A stretch of 64,000 nt of DNA from Candidatus Hodarchaeota archaeon (GCA_048887225.1 JBHLJY010000002.1:96001-160000); one strand, 5' to 3'. Positions 1-9,930 are shown, counted from the first letter of the stretch. Notes: generated by a model not told the origin, from the sequence alone. Translations and numbers: made by a program.

Positions 1-270
1 AATATTCATTTGAAATTGATATCCTTCGACGGATTGCGATATCATTAGTGGACGATTAACTGCAAGAGTCATTGCTTCTTGGACCTTTCCTGGTTTAGCA
101 GAATCAATAACAATACTATGCATACCATCCTTAACTGACCATACAGCTGCGGGAACAATGACTTTACTGATAGTTTTATCGTTAGGGAAGTTTTTCATAG
201 CATTAAGATATATTTTTCCAACCTCCTCTGATTTACCAGCAGGCCACCAAGCTTCTATTATTATATACAT
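1..270 (-). CDS. Hypothetical protein, 3'-truncated by window edge (MYIIIEAWWPAGKSEEVGKIYLNAMKNFPNDK...)
   Basis: Manual translation. Open frame from ATG at 270 with GAGG upstream, behind the repeated promoter module. A paralogous relic lies at 5410-5538. Confidence 0.8.
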   Translation of the reverse strand, partial: MYIIIEAWWPAGKSEEVGKIYLNAMKNFPNDKTISKVIVPAAVWSVKDGMHSIVIDSAKPGKVQEAMTLAVNRPLMISQSVEGYQFQMNI

Positions 271-314
271 ATTTTTTACCTCTAATTTTTATTTTTTAAT
301 TGGATTCAATTTTT

Positions 315-419
315 TATTAGATATTTCACCCATAAATTTGGATTAAGTAAAAAATTGACAAAAAAGTATTTAAATGTTTTACATTTTTGTAATGGGCGAT
401 TTGGAAAGAAAATCAAGAA
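315..419 (-). promoter_or_regulatory. Repeated promoter module copy 1 (TATA TTTAAATA at 367-374; operator variant 330-341)
   Basis: Aligns by eye with the copies at ~7535, 9635, 13225, 13865 and 16942. Confidence 0.7.
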
Positions 420-447
420 ATTATCCATTTAGTTCAATAGAAATGAA
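420..447. repeat. 28-bp site S1 (degenerate; right arm partly deleted)
   Basis: attatccattt-agttca-atagaaatgaa. Confidence 0.55.
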
Positions 448-484
448 TAAAAAAAATATTGTGAAATTAAAACTAAAATCAGTT

Positions 485-1579
485 TTACACATTTATTAGT
501 CTTGGTGGCGGGACAAATACATTTCTAAGACCTGTTCTGTTTAACGTCATTGATTCTTCGGGGCAGTGGTGGGCACAAATGCCGCATCCAATACATCTAT
601 CTTCATTTACAATGGCAACAGTATCTTCTAAATCAATTGCTTCCATTGGACATTTTTCAACACATGTGCCGCACCCTACGCAAGTTTCTTCATTCACTTT
701 TGCTAAATAGGAAGTTAATGTGTTCATTGCCGCTAATCCGCGATGATACAATTCTAAAGTACCACAGCAACATTTACAGCAACTGCAAATAGCATTTTCG
801 TTGTATTCGGGATCGTCAGGAAGATGAAATGCAGTGTGAACGAGTCCAAGGTTCTCAGATTCTTTGAGAGTATTTAACGCATCTTCTTTCGAGATCGGCT
901 TAATAAACTCGTGTTCTATTAGGAATCTAGCATATTTACCAAATATTAAGCAATTTTCTCTTGGGGCATCTAATTTACAAGGATCTGCAATGAGATCCTG
1001 TTTATGTCTGCAATAGCAAGTTCCAACACCGAAAGTATCATATTTTTCTAAAATTTTAGTTATTTCTTCGTATGGTAACACAATTTGTTGCTGAATATCA
1101 ACCTGTTCCTCGACGGGAACAATGCGTGTACCAGGTGGAGCGCTCTTAAATTGGGGTATGAATGTATCATAATTACTTTGAACCAGTTGCTTTAATTCGT
1201 CAAATAATTTCTCATATAAATTTGCTAACTTCTTTTCTTTTTCACTCGTTCCACCGCGCATTAATGTATACTCGAATATACCCGGTACGAAGGGATTAAG
1301 ATTATAAACCATGATACCTGTGTCTTCATCGGGAAAACTAGAAATTACTCCCTCATAACTTAAATCCTTTAGCATTTTTTCTAATTCATTTTCATCCAAG
1401 TCTGTTTTTTGTTTTATTCGATCAATGATAAGCGATGGTTTCTTAAATATCTGAAGAAATTTTGCTTGTTCCTCGGTTATAATAGTTTGCAATATCTCAA
1501 TAAGAGTGTTGCTAACAGGTAATACTATTCCTGCCTTTCCAATTAGTTGTATAAGTCTAGACCATATTTTTTCGGACAT
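485..1579 (-). CDS. 4Fe-4S dicluster (ferredoxin) domain protein with N-terminal HTH-like region
   Basis: CxxCxxCxxxCP twice at the C-terminus, plus CYCR and CSCCKCCC motifs. Confidence 0.85.
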   Translation of the reverse strand: MSEKIWSRLIQLIGKAGIVLPVSNTLIEILQTIITEEQAKFLQIFKKPSLIIDRIKQKTDLDENELEKMLKDLSYEGVISSFPDEDTGIMVYNLNPFVPGIFEYTLMRGGTSEKEKKLANLYEKLFDELKQLVQSNYDTFIPQFKSAPPGTRIVPVEEQVDIQQQIVLPYEEITKILEKYDTFGVGTCYCRHKQDLIADPCKLDAPRENCLIFGKYARFLIEHEFIKPISKEDALNTLKESENLGLVHTAFHLPDDPEYNENAICSCCKCCCGTLELYHRGLAAMNTLTSYLAKVNEETCVGCGTCVEKCPMEAIDLEDTVAIVNEDRCIGCGICAHHCPEESMTLNRTGLRNVFVPPPRLINV

Positions 1580-1694
1580 GATTATCTTACTTTTATTTAT
1601 TTTCAGCTTTGAATTTCTTATAATAAATTTGAAGTATGATTAATAATCAGTTATTTCAATTAAAATATTTTACATTTATGTGATTTCATTATTT

Positions 1695-1722
1695 ATCTTA
1701 TATCTTAGAACAAATATATGAA
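1695..1722. repeat. 28-bp site S2 (TAGAAC spacer)
   Basis: atcttatatct-tagaac-aaatatatgaa. Confidence 0.75.
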
Positions 1723-2227
1723 CATCTTTTAAAAAAAAATTACAATCTAACCTTAATGCCTTTTTTTTCTTGAGTGTAAAGTCTCTCCTCCCTATCAATT
1801 CTTGGGACAATATAGGATATCAGTAAAAAGATTATTGAAGCAAATATATAGATATCATTAATAAGCATTAACAAAGTCGCGATTAAACAAATTATGAATA
1901 TGGTTAATAATACTATTTTGTATCAATTTATTCTATTATAATTGGATAAATTATAATATTTTTTACATAAATTTTACTTCATTCTTTAAAATGGGTTAAA
2001 AAATTTAATTAAAATTAAGTTTGGAAAATTCAATATCACAATAAATTACTAGATGCCTTTAAATAACGCCTTGAAGATTTCATTAATTGAACTTTTTTAT
2101 TATACTTCGATCGAAAAGATTTAGCGATTGATTTATTCGAAAAAATTAATCAAGTTAAAAAATGTAAAAGAAATGAAAAAAACTAAGATTTATTAGTTTA
2201 GGTTATGGGTAAAATTTAAAATGCTAA

Positions 2228-3160
2228 GTGCCAAAAAAAAATGATAGAAAAATGAAAGCATCAAAAATAGTATTATACGCAATGTTGATGGTATCTTTAT
2301 TAATACCTTATATTGCCGTTGGATACGCTGCAGATAAACCTAGATATCTAGGAGTAAGTGAAGGGCAAGAGGTTATTTGGAAGACAGAATTCGATAAGGG
2401 ACCATTAGAGGACTATTTCGAAGATATTGGTTTATCTGAGTTAGTAGCTGAACAAAATGCAGATACATTTTTTTCTTGGTTTGATTGGGATGATGATGTA
2501 GAAGCTTGGAAAATTTATGTAGAAGACATTAGAGATGAGAAAGAATCTGATTGGGATAGCATTACTAATAGACTTGATGATGAAGATGATGTCAAACATG
2601 TAAAAATTCTAGTCAATATGTATGAAACAGAAGATTTAAGTGATGCTGAAGCTTGGGATGACTTTGATAAACTTGAATCATACACTATATATGAAGCCGA
2701 AGAAATAGTCTACGCTGAAATCGCATTATCAGGACTTCAAGATATCTTAGGTACGGGGCTTTTCGCTTTTGTTGTTCCAAAAAATCTTAAATGGAATAAA
2801 GTTGTTAATGAGATTGATGATTGGTTAGATGACAACAATTTGGAGGATATGAGGGCTGTCGATGATGTGGAAGTAAATTATTTTTTCCAAGATAAAGGCG
2901 TTGGTATAAAAACAAACAGAGAATCAACAACTGCGGGTGTTGAAGATTTCGATTCCGAATCAAGATACACAGATGATGGAATTCTTTATTATTATGAATA
3001 TGAATATGACGGGGACACAATCGCTAAATATGAATTGTCAATAGTTGGACAAAGTTTAGTTTACACCATAGAAAATTGGTGGTGGATTACTCTAATTGTT
3101 GTAGCTGCGATCGTTGGGGTAATTATCATTATAATAGTAATCATAAAGAAAAGGAAATAG
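2228..3160 (+). CDS. Acidic secreted, C-terminally membrane-anchored surface protein (start possibly 2252)
   Basis: Signal-peptide-like N-terminus, D/E-rich body, C-terminal TM helix followed by KKRK. Confidence 0.8.
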   Translation: MPKKNDRKMKASKIVLYAMLMVSLLIPYIAVGYAADKPRYLGVSEGQEVIWKTEFDKGPLEDYFEDIGLSELVAEQNADTFFSWFDWDDDVEAWKIYVEDIRDEKESDWDSITNRLDDEDDVKHVKILVNMYETEDLSDAEAWDDFDKLESYTIYEAEEIVYAEIALSGLQDILGTGLFAFVVPKNLKWNKVVNEIDDWLDDNNLEDMRAVDDVEVNYFFQDKGVGIKTNRESTTAGVEDFDSESRYTDDGILYYYEYEYDGDTIAKYELSIVGQSLVYTIENWWWITLIVVAAIVGVIIIIIVIIKKRK

Positions 3161-3165
3161 GAAAT

Positions 3166-4389
3166 GTGTCAAAAATCAGTATTGTTAACGTAAACGATTA
3201 CGGGGATATCCAACAATCGGTTGTAGCAGCAATTAAAATGATTGAATCAGATTTCCATTTTAATTTTCTTAATTCTAATTCAATTCTTTTAAAACCAAAT
3301 TTACTAGTCGCTAACAAGAATGCATGTACACAGCCAAGTTTTGTTGAGGGTATTGTTTCTTACCTGAAAGAAATAGGAGTTTCTATGGATAACGTAAATA
3401 TTGGAGATTCTCCAGGACAATATAAAACATCAGCCACCAATATTGCTAAGAAGATTGGCCTTTACGATATTTGTGATAAGTTGGGGATAAAATTTATTGA
3501 TTTTGAAGGAGATGCACCTATAAAAGAAGAAATTGAAGGTGCTTTAAGGATTAAAAAATATTATATAGCAAAAGCGGTTAAAGAATGTGATATTTTAATT
3601 AATTTGCCAAGATTAAAAACACATGCGGAGGCTACAATAACAGGTGCAATAAAAAATTATTGGGGGATAATTCCAGGGGGTATAAAGTCAAAATATCATT
3701 TATTAGGTAAAACACCAGACCAATTTGGGGAGGCTCTTACTGATAATTATTCCTGGGTCGTAAAAAACAAGCCAAATAGATTAATAGTATATGATTTACA
3801 CACAATAATGGAAGGATCAATGGGGCCTGTAGCAGGAACTATGAAAACTTGGAATTTAATCTTAACTGGTACTGATGAATTGGCATTAGATTTGGCAGCA
3901 TTAGAGATTGGTAAATTTAAAGGAATTCTTGTACCTCATTTGAAAATTGCTATTAAGAGAAATTTAGGAATCTATAATTTAAATGATATTGAATTTGTGG
4001 GAATGTCTTTAAAAGAAGCCAAAAACTGCACGCCTAAATTTAAAGGTCCAAATGAATTTTTTACAAAAATAACGAATTATCTAGGAAAGATAGGATATAA
4101 AATATTAAAAAAAATCCCTGTATTAAGCAAAACATCCTGTAGAAAATGTGGTCAATGCGCTCAAATTTGTCCCGCAAAGGCAATTTATTTCAAAGAGAAT
4201 CATTATCCTAATTATTTAAGAAAAAAATGTATTTCTTGCTTATGCTGCATGGAAATGTGTCCTCATCATGCTATTGTAGTAAGAACTAGAGGAATTAGTG
4301 GATTAAATTTTTTGTCTAAATCCGCTTTTAAGCTAGAAAAATTTATTTTAATTTTTTCAGCTATAATAGTAATGTCATTGTTTATTTAA
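3166..4389 (+). CDS. DUF362 family protein with C-terminal 2x[4Fe-4S] domain
   Basis: LLKPN, GDSPG, INLPRLKTH and GAIKN motifs, plus two ferredoxin motifs. The GTG start at 3166 avoids overlap with the upstream gene. Confidence 0.85.
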   Translation: MSKISIVNVNDYGDIQQSVVAAIKMIESDFHFNFLNSNSILLKPNLLVANKNACTQPSFVEGIVSYLKEIGVSMDNVNIGDSPGQYKTSATNIAKKIGLYDICDKLGIKFIDFEGDAPIKEEIEGALRIKKYYIAKAVKECDILINLPRLKTHAEATITGAIKNYWGIIPGGIKSKYHLLGKTPDQFGEALTDNYSWVVKNKPNRLIVYDLHTIMEGSMGPVAGTMKTWNLILTGTDELALDLAALEIGKFKGILVPHLKIAIKRNLGIYNLNDIEFVGMSLKEAKNCTPKFKGPNEFFTKITNYLGKIGYKILKKIPVLSKTSCRKCGQCAQICPAKAIYFKENHYPNYLRKKCISCLCCMEMCPHHAIVVRTRGISGLNFLSKSAFKLEKFILIFSAIIVMSLFI

Positions 4390-4404
4390 AATCAGGGGAT
4401 ATTT

Positions 4405-5373
4405 TTGAGTGTTTTATTAACAGGTGCCTTTGGAAATGTTGGATTAAGTACTTTAAAAAATTTGATTCATAGAAACCACAAAGTTAGGATTTTTGATATT
4501 GAGAGTTCTAAGAATCGGAAGATTGCTAAAAAATTTGAAGATAAGGTTGAAATAATTTGGGGGGATATACGAAATAAAGAAGATGTGGAAAAAGCTGTTT
4601 CAGGACAAGAAGTTGTAATTCATTTAGCAGCAATTATACCTCCACTCGCTGATAAACAGCCTAAATTTGCTGAAGAGGTAAATGTTGGAGGAATAGCTAA
4701 TCTTATTGAAGCAATGGAGAATCAAGTAAAAAAGCCTCGACTCATTTTCACATCTTCCATAGCTATTTATGGAGATCGACTTGAATCACCTTTTATAAAA
4801 GTCTCCGACCCTCCTAATCCTAATTCTGATGATGAGTATGGTAAACAAAAACTAAAATGCGAGAATCTTATTAAAAATTCCAGATTAGAGTGGTTAATTT
4901 TTCGCTTAACTTATATCGCTTCGCCGAATAAGCTCCAAATAGATGCTTTAATGTTTGATTTACCACTTGAAACATGCATAGAGATTTGTCACTACAAAGA
5001 TGTCGGATTTGCAATTGTCAATGCGATAGAAAATAACGAGGTCTGGGGTGAAACCATGAATATCGCAGGCGGAAAGAAATGTCGGATTATTTATAGAGAG
5101 TTAATTGCGAGGATGTTAGGTTTATTTGGCCTTGGGAATCATTATTTACCCTCGGAAGCTTTTAATAATTGTGGCTCCATCTGTGGATTTATGGATACTA
5201 GTAAAAGTCAAAGGCTTCTACAATATCAGAGACATACGCTTTCCGATTACTTTAATGAGGTGAAAAAAAAAGTTAGATTTTTGCGTTTTTTCGCAACATT
5301 AGTTCGACCTCTTGCTCGGAGATATATTATCGGAAAATCTCCTTATTATAAAGATAAACACAAACACAACTAA
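4405..5373 (+). CDS. NAD-dependent epimerase/dehydratase (extended SDR)
   Basis: TGAFGNVG, HLAA and YxxxK (YGKQK) motifs. Confidence 0.9.
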   Translation: MSVLLTGAFGNVGLSTLKNLIHRNHKVRIFDIESSKNRKIAKKFEDKVEIIWGDIRNKEDVEKAVSGQEVVIHLAAIIPPLADKQPKFAEEVNVGGIANLIEAMENQVKKPRLIFTSSIAIYGDRLESPFIKVSDPPNPNSDDEYGKQKLKCENLIKNSRLEWLIFRLTYIASPNKLQIDALMFDLPLETCIEICHYKDVGFAIVNAIENNEVWGETMNIAGGKKCRIIYRELIARMLGLFGLGNHYLPSEAFNNCGSICGFMDTSKSQRLLQYQRHTLSDYFNEVKKKVRFLRFFATLVRPLARRYIIGKSPYYKDKHKHN

Positions 5374-5409
5374 TTAAAATATATTAGCCTTAGAAATAAT
5401 ATTACTTTT

Positions 5410-5538
5410 ATGTTTTTCCCTGGACATACTCGGATTCGGCCTGCTGGCAAATCAGCTGAGGTTGGAAAATTATATCTGGAAGCAATGAAAAAATTTCTTA
5501 TTAAATCAAAAAAAGAAGAAAATCTTTCTAACATTTGA
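5410..5538 (+). pseudogene. Relic fragment paralogous to the gene at 1-270
   Basis: PAGKSAEVGKLYLEAMKKF here versus PAGKSEEVGKIYLNAMKNF; similarity then stops abruptly. Confidence 0.65.
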
Positions 5539-5542
5539 CGAG

Positions 5543-6106
5543 ATGAGAGAAAAAAACATAATTTTACCTTCCATAGCAACATCGCTTCCATTATGGTGGG
5601 ATAATTCAAGTACTCGAGCAGTAATTTGGAAAGATATTGGATGGCAAGTAGCAAAAGTTTCAGTAAATAAAGTTAATGATGTTTCTTATAAAATTGAGAA
5701 AATTACATTCATAAAAAGCGATGTGAAGAGAGAATTAGAAATTGAAGAAATAGAAGAAGCAAAGGAAAAAAGACCAGAATTAGAAGAAATTGAATTAGAA
5801 GCTCAACAAATAACGGAAATTAAAAAGAAGAAAATAGGTTCAGTTTTATCAGAAAGATTTTTCGGGATTGTCTCAATAGCAATAGGGATTTTAGCTTTTA
5901 TCTCACCAGCAAACATATTCACTTACATAGCAGTTATTAACATTTGTTTGGTAGGGATTTTAATTGGAACGTTTGGAACTAAATACGACGAAAAATCAAC
6001 TATGGCATATATAGGAGTAATTGTATGTTTGGCTGTGCTTTTTTATTGGATAATAAATATTTGGATATTTTTTATAGAATTAGCTGAAGCGTTAGCTGGA
6101 GATTAA
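5543..6106 (+). CDS. Hypothetical membrane protein (3 C-terminal TM helices)
   Basis: ORF track; charged linker followed by hydrophobic helices. Confidence 0.6.
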   Translation: MREKNIILPSIATSLPLWWDNSSTRAVIWKDIGWQVAKVSVNKVNDVSYKIEKITFIKSDVKRELEIEEIEEAKEKRPELEEIELEAQQITEIKKKKIGSVLSERFFGIVSIAIGILAFISPANIFTYIAVINICLVGILIGTFGTKYDEKSTMAYIGVIVCLAVLFYWIINIWIFFIELAEALAGD

Positions 6107-6205
6107 TATTCTAATTCAAGAATCTCTAAAAAATAATTGTTTGATAAATGGAATCCCTAAAAAGATCTAAATCTTTAATTTTTTTTATTTTTTTTTTGTT
6201 TGTCT

Positions 6206-6463
6206 TTATGGAGTCAATTCCTGTCTTATTTCTAACAACAAACTATCATTTTTTTTACTGTGTTTTCTGAAAGCAACTTTTTCAATAGTTTCAATCTTAA
6301 TTCTTGTTTTTTCTGCTATTTGTAATTTAAGCAGATTAACCATATTTTGATAAATTATTATCTCTGATAATTCATCCTTATTAAAAATCAATCCTAGAAT
6401 CTCCCCATCCATTTCTCTTTTTGTTATAATAATTTTTTCTTTTGTAATTTCAATACTTGACAT
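6206..6463 (-). CDS. Hypothetical protein
   Basis: ORF with GGAG RBS and T-rich downstream region. Confidence 0.6.
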   Translation of the reverse strand: MSSIEITKEKIIITKREMDGEILGLIFNKDELSEIIIYQNMVNLLKLQIAEKTRIKIETIEKVAFRKHSKKNDSLLLEIRQELTP

Positions 6464-6656
6464 TTAATATTCATCTCCCATTACAATAACTCCAATTAAA
6501 GTTAGGATTTCAATTATTTATTTTTTCCCTTAATATATTTACCTATCGACAAAAGCCAAATTTCAAATGAAAGATTTAAAATTGATCTCATCCATATTAT
6601 GAATTATTCTACGGAATTGTATTAAAATTATCAAATAATGTTGTGGTGATGTTCTA

Positions 6657-6869
6657 ATGTTATGGTGGGAGAATTATATTTATTTCTTTGTCATACTTTT
6701 TCTATCTCTGATAATCTTAGTAATGATTTTTGCTATTATTTATATTCAAAATGCGATGATGTCTAAACTTTTAAAGTTTTTTTTGATTTTTCTGGCGGGT
6801 TGTGGTATTCTTTTTAGTATTATATGGTTTACTATAGTTATAACAGAATGGTTTTCGGTGGTTATATAA
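6657..6869 (+). CDS. Small 2-TM membrane protein
   Basis: GGTGA RBS; two hydrophobic segments. Confidence 0.6.
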   Translation: MLWWENYIYFFVILFLSLIILVMIFAIIYIQNAMMSKLLKFFLIFLAGCGILFSIIWFTIVITEWFSVVI

Positions 6870-7003
6870 TGTCAGTTGAACAAATAAATAAAACGCTAGA
6901 TGATTAAAACCCTTACAAGAATATAAGGTGTTTAGCTTCTTTCAATTTATTTGATATTATCCAATCCTGAATAGTTGCAGTTTGTTCAGTATCTGCTTTT
7001 TCG

Positions 7004-7036
7004 ATTAAATCATATATCTGTTCTAAGATATAAGAT
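7004..7036. repeat. Site S3 (core 7009-7036), left member of a perfect 33-bp inverted repeat
   Basis: attaa-atcatatatct-gttcta-agatataagat is the exact reverse complement of 7629-7661. Confidence 0.9.
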
Positions 7037-7088
7037 AGAAAAGAAAAAAAAGAAGAATTTAAAATTTAAAATATCTCTTTATGTACTT

Positions 7089-7481
7089 TTATTTTCGCTT
7101 TTGTATCCAAATATGAATTCCTAATATTGTAAAGAAAACATTTATAATTACGCTTAATAAAAAAGCACCTATTGGGATATTATAAAGAACAAGACCGATA
7201 ATATTATTGATTATGCTGAAAATTTGCGCTATTATGCCAAATAAGACCCAGCTCTCGATCTTGTCCCAGTTATCTAAGTCCTTATACAGCGTTATTACAA
7301 CTATTGCCCAAGTTAAATATAGACCTCCTACCCCTCTAGTAGATTGTGGATCCCAGAAAGGCCAATTAAATGCTGCACCCGAAGATTCAGGAGATATAAA
7401 CCACCATAAGCCAAAAATAATCAATACAATTATACCTGCAATCCAAAATATTTTAAGCTCTTTTTCAACATCTAATGCCAT
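7089..7481 (-). CDS. 4-TM small membrane protein, paralog 1
   Basis: MALDVxKELKI...LDNWxKIExW...GIHIxIQKRK shared with three other copies; GGAGG RBS. Confidence 0.9.
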   Translation of the reverse strand: MALDVEKELKIFWIAGIIVLIIFGLWWFISPESSGAAFNWPFWDPQSTRGVGGLYLTWAIVVITLYKDLDNWDKIESWVLFGIIAQIFSIINNIIGLVLYNIPIGAFLLSVIINVFFTILGIHIWIQKRK

Positions 7482-7534
7482 TGTTTTCCCTCCAATTATT
7501 TCTTTTTATTGAATTTTTTGATTTTCTTTTTTTT

Positions 7535-7615
7535 ATTAGATATTCCACCCATAAATTTATGGATTAAGTAAAGAATTGACAAATGAGTATTTAAAGATTT
7601 AACTTCTTTGTAATA
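7535..7615 (-). promoter_or_regulatory. Repeated promoter module copy 2 (operator 7549-7562, TATA 7588-7595)
   Basis: Perfect palindrome CCATAAATTTATGG about 26 bp downstream of TTTAAATA, with A-rich BRE. Confidence 0.75.
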
Positions 7616-7628
7616 AACGACAAAAATA

Positions 7629-7661
7629 ATCTTATATCTTAGAACAGATATATGATTTAAT
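7629..7661. repeat. Site S4 (core 7629-7656), right member of the 33-bp inverted repeat
   Basis: atcttatatct-tagaac-agatatatgat-ttaat. Confidence 0.9.
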
Positions 7662-7735
7662 GCCAGGACAAAATATAAAAAAGTATTGTTCTTACCTTAT
7701 AAACAATCCTATAATTTCGAAAAGAAACTCAAGAA

Positions 7736-7763
7736 ATTATTTATTTAGTTCAAGATATATGAT
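7736..7763. repeat. 28-bp site S5
   Basis: attatttattt-agttca-agatatatgat; ~50 bp of right flank shared with S6. Confidence 0.8.
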
Positions 7764-7821
7764 TCTCTAAGTCCTCAAAAAATATAAAATAAAAATAAAT
7801 TGACTTAAATTCGAGATTTCT

Positions 7822-8565
7822 CTAATTTCTTTCAATTTTCTCAAATCCTTTTTTAATTTTAATAATTAGTGTCTTTTCAAAATACTCTCCCTCTATTAAG
7901 ATCTTAAAGGGGAAATCTTCTGATTTAAAGAATTCGGTAAAATATTTTAACCAATAAATACTATAGCGTCTATTTTGATGATGTTTAAAAGTTAGTAAAA
8001 ATTGATCAGTGTTAACATATTCGATATCAATTTTGTAAAAGTAATTAGCTATTACCCAGACTTTTTTGATGGACTTTAGTATCTCTTCTATTTCTAAGTC
8101 TTTAATTTGTTTTTTATTATACCATATGATTAAATCAAAAGCTTCATTTTTCTGGATAGGTCGATTTAATTCATCCTCAGGAGCTTCCGCAGCAGCAATT
8201 AATTGATTAAAATCAGTTTTTCCAATTAGCATCATTTGCATCTCGCTTCGAGCGTTACACCACCATCTAAGTTTAGATTTTTTCTTTTTCTTTGACAATT
8301 TATAATAAAATTTGACAGATTCCTCAAATAATTTAAATTGATTCTCAAATTCAGGCAAAAGTTTTTCGATTATATTATGTGTTTTTAAATCCATAGAAAG
8401 ATATTGAGAATAGAGTTCAATAGCTTTTTCGATTATAGTATTCATTTTACAATTTTGCTGATCCTTTAGCGTGTCGATTAAATTCCTTATTTCACTTCTT
8501 ACATTAACATATACAGATTTAGAAGGTTCGGATAGAGTTTTTTTAGCCATTATTATTAGCACCAA
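7822..8565 (-). CDS. Putative transcriptional regulator, ribbon-helix-helix-like N-terminus plus ligand-binding-like C-terminal domain
   Basis: SVYVNVRSEIRNLIDTLK...MNTIIEKAIELY fits a beta-alpha-alpha RHH pattern. Confidence 0.55.
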   Translation of the reverse strand: MVLIIMAKKTLSEPSKSVYVNVRSEIRNLIDTLKDQQNCKMNTIIEKAIELYSQYLSMDLKTHNIIEKLLPEFENQFKLFEESVKFYYKLSKKKKKSKLRWWCNARSEMQMMLIGKTDFNQLIAAAEAPEDELNRPIQKNEAFDLIIWYNKKQIKDLEIEEILKSIKKVWVIANYFYKIDIEYVNTDQFLLTFKHHQNRRYSIYWLKYFTEFFKSEDFPFKILIEGEYFEKTLIIKIKKGFEKIERN

Positions 8566-8749
8566 AAAATTTTATTTATCTATATAAATAATGGATATTT
8601 ATATATATATATACATGCTTTTTTTATAATATATATTGATTATTTGATTATCATATATATCGAAAGATTTAAATATGCTATTATATATCTATATATCAAA
8701 AATCTAAAAAAAATATTGTAAATAAAAAATAATGGGGTTAATATAAATT

Positions 8750-9106
8750 ATGAAAGTTTTAAAAACAACTATTAGTATTAAAAAAATCAATATAGATTTA
8801 GTTTTTTGTCCTGCAAAAAAATTGTATTGGGAATATCTTATATGTAAAACTTGTCATTGCTTTAAATCAAATTATAATTCATACATTGAATGTAATTTTA
8901 AGAAAAGTGAATTTTCAAGATCTAAATCTTCAAATAATACAACAGAAAGTTTTGCAAAAGGTATATTAGTGCAGAATTTTAGTAAAAATGCAGAAACTAA
9001 AAAAAACATGGAAATGGTTATTAATGAGCTTTCAAACAATTTCAAAAGAGATAGACTTCGTAAACAACTAAAAAAAGTCCCAATTGTAATATCTCAGAAG
9101 ATATAA
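8750..9106 (+). CDS. Hypothetical protein with 4-Cys putative metal site
   Basis: CP-x10-CxxC...C motif; GGGG RBS. Confidence 0.6.
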   Translation: MKVLKTTISIKKINIDLVFCPAKKLYWEYLICKTCHCFKSNYNSYIECNFKKSEFSRSKSSNNTTESFAKGILVQNFSKNAETKKNMEMVINELSNNFKRDRLRKQLKKVPIVISQKI

Positions 9107-9185
9107 ACTTCTTAAAAATTTCTGTTTTAATCAATATTTTTAACAAAAAAAAAAGAAGAATTTAAAATTTAAAATATTTCCTTGT

Positions 9186-9581
9186 TCATTTTTCTTTGCG
9201 CTTTTGTATTAAAATATGAATGCCTAATGCAGCGAAGAAAATAGCTATAATTAAATTTATTATGCCAATTGGGTTAGTAGTGTAAAAAATGATGCTAATA
9301 ATAAATGAAATTAATCCCAGAATATTTACTATTACTGAAAAAATTATCCAATTCTCAACCTTCTCCCAGTTATCAAGTTCCCTTAACACTTTTAATGCAA
9401 TTAATGCCCAAGCTATGAAAACTCCTCCTAAATATCTACCTGCAGCTGGATCAAATAAAGGCCAATTATGCACCGCAACCCAAGACTCATAAGAAATAAA
9501 GAGCCATAAGCCATAATAGATAAGTACTATAAAACCCAAAATAAAATTAATTTTAAGCTCTTTTTTAACATCTAATGCCAT
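9186..9581 (-). CDS. 4-TM small membrane protein, paralog 2 (true start 9581)
   Basis: Homology with the other paralogs begins at MALDV. The longer ORF call reads through the promoter module. Confidence 0.9.
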   Translation of the reverse strand: MALDVKKELKINFILGFIVLIYYGLWLFISYESWVAVHNWPLFDPAAGRYLGGVFIAWALIALKVLRELDNWEKVENWIIFSVIVNILGLISFIISIIFYTTNPIGIINLIIAIFFAALGIHILIQKRKEK

Positions 9582-9634
9582 TATTTTCCCTACAATTATA
9601 TTTTTTTTATTGAATTTTTTGAATTTTATTTTTT

Positions 9635-9741
9635 TATTAGATATTTCACCCATAAATTTATGGAGTAAGTAATAAATTGACAAATAAGTATTTAAAGCTT
9701 TAACATTTTTGTAATAGGCGATTTAGAAACAAAATCAAAAA
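9635..9741 (-). promoter_or_regulatory. Repeated promoter module copy 3 (operator 9650-9663, TATA 9689-9696)
   Basis: Near-identical to the other copies. Confidence 0.75.
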
Positions 9742-9769
9742 ATCATATATTTAGTTCAAGATATAAAAT
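9742..9769. repeat. 28-bp site S6
   Basis: atcatatattt-agttca-agatataaaat. Confidence 0.85.
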
Positions 9770-9930
9770 TCTCTAAGCCCTCAAAAATTATAAAATAAAA
9801 AGAGATTGATTTAAATTCGAGGTTACCCTCGTTTAAGCTTGGATGTGTCAATTATTCCCTTCTGAATTAAGACAAGATTTTCCACATGTCTGAATATTAA
9901 GAACAATCATGATTTTCTGACTAAGATATT

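Noticed and set aside
6101-6130. Possible eleventh degenerate site (aatattct-aattca-agaatctctaa); a similar weak match lies near 59705
   Set aside because: Too degenerate to distinguish from chance in AT-rich DNA.
7009-7036. Canonical archaeal dif site
   Set aside because: It shares AGATATAA/TTATATCT words, but the arms face the opposite way (TCT-N6-AGA rather than TAA-N6-TTA), and it is multicopy.
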